Shown piece after piece: positions 56,043 through 64,000 of a stretch of DNA of 64,000 bases. Position 1 is the stretch's first letter. Each line of letters opens with the position of its first letter. The position numbers and the translations under genes were made by a program. The notes beneath the pieces were generated by a model. That model did not search any database. It had not been told where the DNA came from and worked only from the letters and a program-made list of their open reading frames with translations. The DNA lies in contig CAVNZM010000007.1 of the NCBI GenBank assembly GCA_963693365.1, positions 7,065,962-7,129,961 of the forward strand. Direction: 5' to 3'. This DNA comes from Amoebidium appalachense (Eukaryota > Protista > Ichthyosporea).

Positions 56043-58096
56043 GTTCAGTGTGTATTACAAGGCGCAAAGCCCTATTCTGAGTGTTATGGCTGGTAAGACA
56101 AACGTTAAGGCCCCTATAGAGGGTATGGTCACCTCGTAAGATTCCTCTGTTTCTGGCTTGGTATGATGTTGAGATCGAGATGGATAATGGGCGGACACTC
56201 CAATACACAACGGGTAGTTCCAAAGTCTTCCCCTGTCAGCAATGGAAAGGTCTCAATCACCATCGATCAGGACACACGAAATAACGACGTTTAGTGGCAC
56301 ATTAAAACAAAAAAAAACGTATGCATACTCTAACCAAGCGGAAGAATATAGCCGTGGAGAGGTGAGCGAAAGGAGAGAACGGTAGAAAGATGTCGAAATC
56401 TGGCTCGTGGGTTATTGTTTTTCGGGCATCTTCCCGACAATTGCAAAGACTTAGGGCAGAAAGCAATAAACATCAAGGAGAACTATTCTGTTCTGCCTTT
56501 CAATACAATGCCGTCTGTGTAGGAAACGTGTGTAGCGACGTATAGGAAACGCCGGGGTAACCTGAGTAGACTAGACATACAGTCACAAAAAGATCACGGC
56601 AAGCCTCAGTCAGTCAGTGCGTTTGTGCGCGAGTCGTTGACCTGTGAACTTTCAAGTTGCCAAAGTCTCCCTCTTGTCCATAAATGGGCCGGGTAGAGCC
56701 AACCGGACCAACTTGGGAAAGACCGGCTTATGAGCCACCAAGCGGATCATATAATGCACGATTGCATGTGTGAATAAACAATATAAAAAAACTGGAAAAA
56801 ACCATGATAATGGATTTTACACGAATAAAAGTTGTTAAGGCATGGAATTTGAAATTTTTTTCGACACGAAGAATATGAAATCTAACACCGAAAACACTGT
56901 TCCTTTGTTGACTGTGAAGAATTTAGAAAAGGGTACTACGGTGACTTCCTATTGGTACCTAGAGGACAACCCCCTAAACATGATAGGGGCGAACAAGGGG
57001 TCCATAGAAGATTTTCACATGTAATTTGATAAACACAAATTACAATATTATATACTTAAGTAATAATTTTATGTGCGCTTCACTTATTGCTTACTAAATT
57101 ACTTCTATATGATAATTATATTTATTCTTATTATATATTGGCTTCAGTTTTGAGCATAACAGCCATAAAACAGCTAGACGTAAGTTTCTGACCTTGACGA
57201 GCCCCATGAGACCGAGTTGTTATAAATTTTGAGTCTACGTAGCAAAAGGTTTATCAGAATGCCGGATGTCATTGCTTCACGCTATACTTACACCTACTGT
57301 CTCTGAAATAGTGACCGTAAACAGCATGTCTGTTATCTATTCCAATACCTAATCATCCAAAGATTCAAACTTTTCGAAAAGAAAACTGCAGGCAAATATA
57401 GCGCCAAACAGTAGACATTGCATCTGTCCGGGAAGTGCTCATTGATTATATGCGAACCAGCCTGATAGTGTGCGAATCACGTAAGAGATGAGAAGTGCGA
57501 GGATTACCTTCGATTGGTCATTGAAGAAAACGTGTGGAGACCCATATTTGAGCCCCTTTATCTAAATTTCATGTTTGCAACAGTACTGCAATGCTGAGCA
57601 TAATCATTGCTGACCACTATGGTAAACGAATCCCCTACAGAGCTTTATGTATGGGTTGTTTATTTTGGGATTTAAATACTCTTATATAAATTTAAATATC
57701 CTATCCGACCCAATCTTGGTGTTGAATATTACTTAGGCTATTACTATTAGTATGGACACGGAGAACCAGAAACAATAGATGCCACAACAAGAGTTTTGGG
57801 GGATTAGTGGACGGTCCCTAGCATTCCGACGCCGAATGGCAGCTAATTAGCCTATCTAGGCTATGCACATTGCACACTATTGTTACTCTGCACACCCAGA
57901 CTATAAATTCTTTTGCTAATTAGGTCATGTTACGTAGGGCCCCCTTTCGTAAAAACGGTTTTTTTAAATATCCTTATATGGCTAATCTGATTGAACCGTA
58001 GCTGGGCCAGCCTGGCTGAGCATGGTGGCACGGCTGAGCCTCAGGCGCTGGTCCGGCACTTGGCCCGAGCCGGCCCGTGTGGGCCTTTTGCTAGGG

Positions 58097-58471
58097 AGTC
58101 GCTTCGCGTGGATCTAAATATCTAAATACTCGGCGCCGTTCTCTAAATATCTTAAAGTCTGCTCAATTCGCGTAGAGCAGTTTAGAAACTGAGTTATCTA
58201 GATCGTAGATCGCAATTCTATTTGGATAAAGATATGTACGCAGGTTCCAAGGACCAATCGTCTCGGGCCCAGACATCTATGTAGAAGACCCCCCCCTCCC
58301 CCTCTTCCAGATTCGCCTATCTGGAAGAGGGTCGAAATCAATCTAGATTTTATGCAAACTTTAAAACGTTAATAGATCGATCGGATTGCGGAAGTTTTAT
58401 ACGTAAATTTAACAATCTAGATATTTAGATATCTAGGGATATTTAGATATCTAGATCCACGCGAAGCGGCT
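58097..58471. mobile_element. MITE-like element with ~32-nt terminal inverted repeats and internal ATCTA/TAGAT motifs
   Basis: Left end agtcgcttcgcgtggatctaaatatctaaata; reverse complement of right end agccgcttcgcgtggatctagatatctaaata. No clear TSD. Confidence 0.7.
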
Positions 58472-59059
58472 AGTACCTACTGCACTGCACTGTACATATG
58501 TTTTCGCGCGCCGGTGTACATGAATTACCGTATGGAGTCACATCAGTGCTGAAGATAAACGTAAAACGGGTTTATAGCACTATCTGTGTATCTAAATTGA
58601 CTCTGCATATGACATATCTGGAGAAGCCCTTATTATAAAAGGCCAGCTGAGTCAGTCGGGCACGAGAGGCCTACAGTAGAGTCGACGTCGAACCAGTCGG
58701 GGTTTTCGAACCAGTCGAACCGGACCGCGCACGGTCTGGCTCAGGCGGCCGGCCCATGTGTCATTTTTGAACTAAGCGTATGATTGGATTACAGAAAAAA
58801 AGGCGCGTAAACTGCCCAATCAGCCAACGGCCAGCCCCCAACTGTACTGTCTGTACATATCGTACGTACACAACACAACAGCAACGGTCACTCAGGTTCC
58901 GTGAGTCACGACGCCGTGCGGTCACGGAGTGAAAACTGTAGGTCTGCGTCGTACGAACAAAAAGTGAACAAACCCCATACGTTTAGCGTAGGTTCTAGTG
59001 GTCAGCAGGCTCTATTTTCCATTAGTTGGGCTATGGCCAATGGGAACTAGTTCTCAAAC

Positions 59060-59793
59060 ATGGACATCCTGCGAAACCAACGACTCAGTACAGTGATTGA
59101 CGAGCTCCTAGGAACACTCAGTCAAGAGCAAGAGCAAGAAGTTGTTCCTATGAACCCACACACCCACAATGATGTTGAGGGAGTTGAATGTGAGAGCAAT
59201 AATCCCGCACAAATACCGCAGACAGACACACGAAATAACGCTTCTGGCAACGACCTTTTGGGTGAATCTAACTTGCTGAGACCTGGTGAGAGGGGACTAA
59301 GCAAAAAGGTTAAAAAGAACTAGTGAGGCGGAGGGGCTACGAGCAGTATTTGCGTAAAAGAAAACCCGATAGTGAACTCGACAACGAGCAGATCAAACGG
59401 CGTCGCAAAGTAGAGGAGTCATATGCAAAACGTACTACTAGTTTCCGATTCTGCAAGTCCTGCCATGAGATGTTGGGGTACAAAACGAAGTATTGTTTTG
59501 TGTGCGAGGCCACGAAAGATAAGCAGCGAAAGAGTGAAAATGATTTCAGGTACCGCCTGCATGACAAGGTAATAGAAGTCAGCACTGGTAATTTGCCGTT
59601 GCCGACTGATCAGCGCGAGATGCTTTCACTGATGGCACCGCTGTCGTCTTTGAAGGAAGGTGATAGCACAACAACACCGCTATTCTGTAGCCGGCGTACA
59701 TTCCTGGTCAAGGGCAGCAACCTAAGGGGCGTAGAACGACGGTATGTAAAGCATTTTCACACAGTGTGTGTGTCTATGCGTGTGCTTGGAGGA

Positions 59794-59834
<41 letters not shown>

Positions 59835-60433
59835 CTGCGAGAGAGAGAGAGAGCGAGAGAGAGGGAGGGAGGGAGAGGGAGAGGGAGGGAGGGAGAGAGA
59901 GAGTGTGTGTGTGCGCGCGCGCGCGCGTGTGCGTGTGTGTGTGTGTTGAGGGAATGCACCTGCCAACCTCGGTGACTGGCTGACGGTGTGTCTTCTCCTC
60001 GCCTCCCAGCCTCTTCCGCCTGCACGCCTCCCTCTCTGTGGGTGTCCCGTGCCTGTCTGCCGGCCTGAATACTTGTGCTAGTGCATTCCCCTACCTGTGT
60101 CCCTGCCTTTGTGCTGTCTGCCTGTGTTGTGCCTGCCTGCCTGTGTATGTACTTCTGCCCCGTGTGCTTCCCTACACCTGTGCTTGCCTGCCTGTGTGCC
60201 TGCCTGTATGCCTGCCTGTATGCCTGCCTGCCTGTTCTGCTGAACGCCTGTGTGCTTACGTGCATGTGCATGTACCCACCTGCCTGTGACATTCGGTGTA
60301 TGCAATTTTTAAGAAAGCTGCAACTTGAGGGTTGACACGTGCCATACATATGACAGGGGATGGAGGGAAAGAAGGGGGGGGGGGGGGGGGGGGGGGGGGG
60401 GGTGTGTGTGTAAGGTGTTGGTGGTAGTCTCTG

Positions 60434-60480
<47 letters not shown>

Positions 60481-60714
60481 GTCTCTCTCTCTCTCTCCCC
60501 CCCCCTCCCCCCCCCCCCCCCCCCCCCCTCTCTCTCCCCCCCTCTCTCCCTCTCTCCCTCTCCCTCCCTCTCTCCCTCTCCCTCTCTCTCTCCTCTCTCT
60601 CTCTCTCTCCCCCTCCCCCCTCCCCGGGGAAGGGGGGGGGGGCAGGGGTTTCTTCTATACACACTTTCTTCTTGCTCCGCTTCTTCTTTTTTGGGAAGGG
60701 GGAGGCAGGAAGAA

Positions 60715-60760
<46 letters not shown>

Positions 60761-62532
60761 GTGAAATTTTCCACTACGTGACATGAGTTATTGATGTGTC
60801 CTAGAAACGGCACACATGCAATGTTTTTTATTGACACTGTGCCTTACAGGAGGTTGGTTGTGCTCTACTTTCACAACGGCAAGGTTGTGTCTGGGGAGTG
60901 TTCCAGCGAGGACTGTAAGAGTCAAAATACCGCACTTGTTTGCACGTCGCATGAACCGGCCGGATGTTACCACATTCAACAGGCTATGACTTGGGCTACG
61001 ACGAGTATGCATTCTCCTCAACCCCCATCCCCCCTTCCCCCCCCCCCTCTTCTTCTTCCTCTCCGCACCCCCCCCGCTCATCCTATGCAGCTTCTGTATT
61101 GTGTTGTGTGCCGTGCATATAAACTTCGTGCTCTGTAACAAATTCAACCTCCCCCCCCCCCCCCCCCCTCCCCTCTCCCCCCCCCCCCCCCCCCCCCCCC
61201 CCTCCCCTCCCCTCATCCTATGACATGAGCACACGAACATGCTTATCCCCACCACCCCCCTTTGATCGTATGACATGTACATGGAGCACACGAATATGCA
61301 TCTCACCTCCGCCGACCCCCCCCACCCCCCACCCCTCTCTGGCTTCCCCACGGCTCCTCCCCTCCCATCCCCATCCGTCTTCCCCTTCAGACATTGGGCA
61401 CAACGAGCCCTCGCCCCCTCCCCCCACCCCCCCCCCCCCCCCCACCTGAGCCATCCTTCCCCCTCTGTCTTGGCGGAAAAAATTGTATTCTCCCCTCCCT
61501 GCCGTTTCACCCATCTCCCCCTCCCCCCTCCCGCCCCCCCTTCCAGCACACATGCGATCCTCAACCCCCCCCCCCTCCCTGCCCCATACGGGCTGCCCCT
61601 TTCCCCGTATGACTTGGGGCACAACAAGCATTATTACAGCCCCTCCCCCCTCCCCCCTCCCCCCCCCCCCCCCCCCCCCCCCACGTCTACATTCCCTTCT
61701 CACCCTCCTTTAGCGTACGAGACCTCCCTCTAGACCGACCCAGCACCCCCCTCCCCCTCCCCCCCCCCCCCCTCCTTTTTCTCTTTCCCCCTGTGCTTAC
61801 TATATAGAGTGATATAGCAAATGCTATGTGGTGTGGTTGGTTGCACCCATAGTACCTCTTACCCCTTTCTTTTTTTAGCATAACCCCAACTGACTCCCTC
61901 TCTCTTCTCTACTATAGACAGAGGCTTCCCCACCTCCATTTCCAAGAATAAAACAATCGAAAAGATGTTTTGCCTCTTCATTTCTTTCACGTGAATTTAT
62001 AATATATATTAACAGGGGTTTTTTGCAGAAGTTGTCCAACACACGGTTGGATGCGATGCACCCCCACTGGGCAAATATCCTTGAGAAAAGACACCAAGAA
62101 TCCCAGCAGAAAATACAGCAACAGAATGTTGAAAATTCGGTAAAACTCAGCTCAGGTTTAAGGGTGGAGGAGTCAACATTCTACCCCTGAAAACGGGGAA
62201 AATGAAACTAATTTTTGGAGTAAGGAGTTTCTGGATCGGCAGAAAATTGTGGAGCAGTCTGCGGAACGACATGGGTTCAGCCAGGGGAAGAAAGTGATTG
62301 ATGGCAGAGGAACCGCGACCGGGTGCTATGTAGGTGTGTGTGCGTGTGGAGGGGGGGGGGGGGGAGGGGGGGGGGAGAGGAGGAGGGGGAGGGGGAGTGG
62401 GTTTGCATGAGTGGGTGAATGTTAGGTGGGCGGGCGGGTGGGTGGGTGGGTGGGTGGGTTGGTGGATGGGTGTCGGTGTATTGTGTGTGTGTGTTGTGTG
62501 TGTGTGTGTGTGTGCGTGTTTGTGCGTGTGTG

Positions 62533-62612
<80 letters not shown>

Positions 62613-62769
62613 TTGTGTATGTGTTGGGTCGATGTGTGTGAGATGTCGTGAAAATGGGCAATATAGTGTGAATATTTTATGGGTACCATTACTTAGAAGG
62701 GCCAAGAATGCCTCATGTCTTTGTGAGTGTGGTTGGGCACGGGACAGGGGGGCAAGAAGAGGGGGAGGG

Positions 62770-62807
<38 letters not shown>

Positions 62808-62861
62808 GATAAATGGGGGGGGGGGGGGGGGGGGCAGGGGGAGGGATGGAAAGCAAATCAG

Positions 62862-62920
<59 letters not shown>

Positions 62921-63650
62921 GTATGTGGTACCTAATTATTGCCAGCAAACGATTGATACTGGTAGCCCGGTCTTAGTGGGGGAGAGGGGGGGGGGGGGGG
63001 GGGGGGGGGGGGGTTGAACTTTTGTTTGGTGCCCTTTTTGAGTATGGGCATGGAGGATGGGTGGGTTGGTGTTTTTTTTTTTTTTTATCTTTTTTTTTTT
63101 TTTTTGCGCAGGGGGGGGGGGGGGGGGGGGGGGGGGGGCTCTGAAGTGGGTGGTTCAGAAAACAACTGTCTGAGTGGAGCATGTTTGACTGTTGGGGTGG
63201 TGTCTTTGTGTGTGGTTCTGTGTGCTCTGTGTGTCTGGCTGTCTGTGTGTTTATCTGTGTGTGAATGAGTAAATAGATGGGTGGGTGGGTGTAAGTGTGT
63301 ACATGTGTGCCGAGGAGTGCATAGGCAAGCGTTTTGGGAAGGACCACACCTGCTCACATTCTCCCCCCCCCCCCCCCTCAATTTTTTCGCAGTGTACGGT
63401 GGTGTTGAAACAAGCACAGAAGATGGGGACAAGCATGATTCCTCCACAGGGTTTTGTTGTGTCTTTGCACGTTGCAACGAAAACGGTCTTATCACCTCGT
63501 TTATCTGCGGGTGTCAAGAAAATCGCTTGCTGAAACGCAACGCTAAACCCAAATCCGATGGGGGTTTCGTGAAATGTTTCCACTTTTGGCCCCTTCAGAT
63601 GTGTTGCTTGACTGAGTGGAAGTTCTTCCAAAGTGGCGGGTTTTTGCAAG
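59060..63650 (+). CDS. C2orf42-like (zf-tcix treble-clef finger + two SWIM-like Cys/His modules) protein, 3' incomplete; likely exons 59060-59285, 59324-59741, 60850-61004, ~62163-62333, 63393-63650
   Basis: RFCKSCHEMLGYKTKYCFVC; RRLVVL..SGECSSEDC..CYHIQQAM; KH..TGFCCV..FICGC..KCFHFW. Order and spacing match recalled human C2orf42 (RKCPRCGTYNG..SC..C; SGRCYVPSC..CQHIKLAV; KHSLGY..FFCSC..RCIHFF). The first intron and the start of exon 4 are uncertain. Confidence 0.6.
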
Positions 63651-63761
63651 GTGGGTGGGTGGGTGGGGGGGGGGGGGGGGGGGGTGAGTGGATGGGTGTT
63701 TTTTTTTGTTTTTTGTTTTTTTTTTGGGGGGGGGGGGGTATGTGGGGGTGTGTGTGGGGAG

Positions 63762-63797
<36 letters not shown>

Positions 63798-64000
63798 GGC
63801 GCTCTTGTGTGTGTGGGGGGGGTGGGGAGGGGTGGGGGGAGGCTCGTTTGTGTGTGATGTGTGTGTGTTTATATACTTGTGAGTGGTTTTATTGGCATGT
63901 CTAAAGCCAAGGAGTTACTCGACATCCCCCCTTTCAGTCAACACAGTCAACACCCCCTCCCCGCTACACATACCACAGCCTTTCTGCCCCTCCCCCCCCC

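Overview
Intron-rich eukaryotic genomic DNA; the gene content suggests a unicellular opisthokont/holozoan, which is inference only. Non-coding DNA is saturated with (CA/TG)n, (GA/TC)n and long G/C/A homopolymers, so most ORF-track entries are spurious. Six spliced genes were reconstructed by hand with consistent intron phases. (1-2) A convergent inverted pair of TmpA-family membrane flavo-oxidoreductases (4913-7800 +, 10658-13664 -). (3) An 18-exon ABC1/ADCK atypical kinase (17435-30487 -). (4) A 14-exon, ~1510 aa protein with RING, Tudor and tandem BRCT domains, combining BRCA1/BARD1-, MSL2- and 53BP1-like features (33060-49561 +). (5) A C2H2 zinc-finger factor (53194-56042 -). (6) A C2orf42-like Cys/His-rich gene that runs off the window (from 59060 +). 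Non-coding features include several foldback/MITE-like elements, a dispersed intronic repeat family and G-run-spaced minisatellites. Several 3' splice sites have a (CA)n tract in place of a polypyrimidine tract. All family assignments rest on motif recognition from memory, not on database searches.
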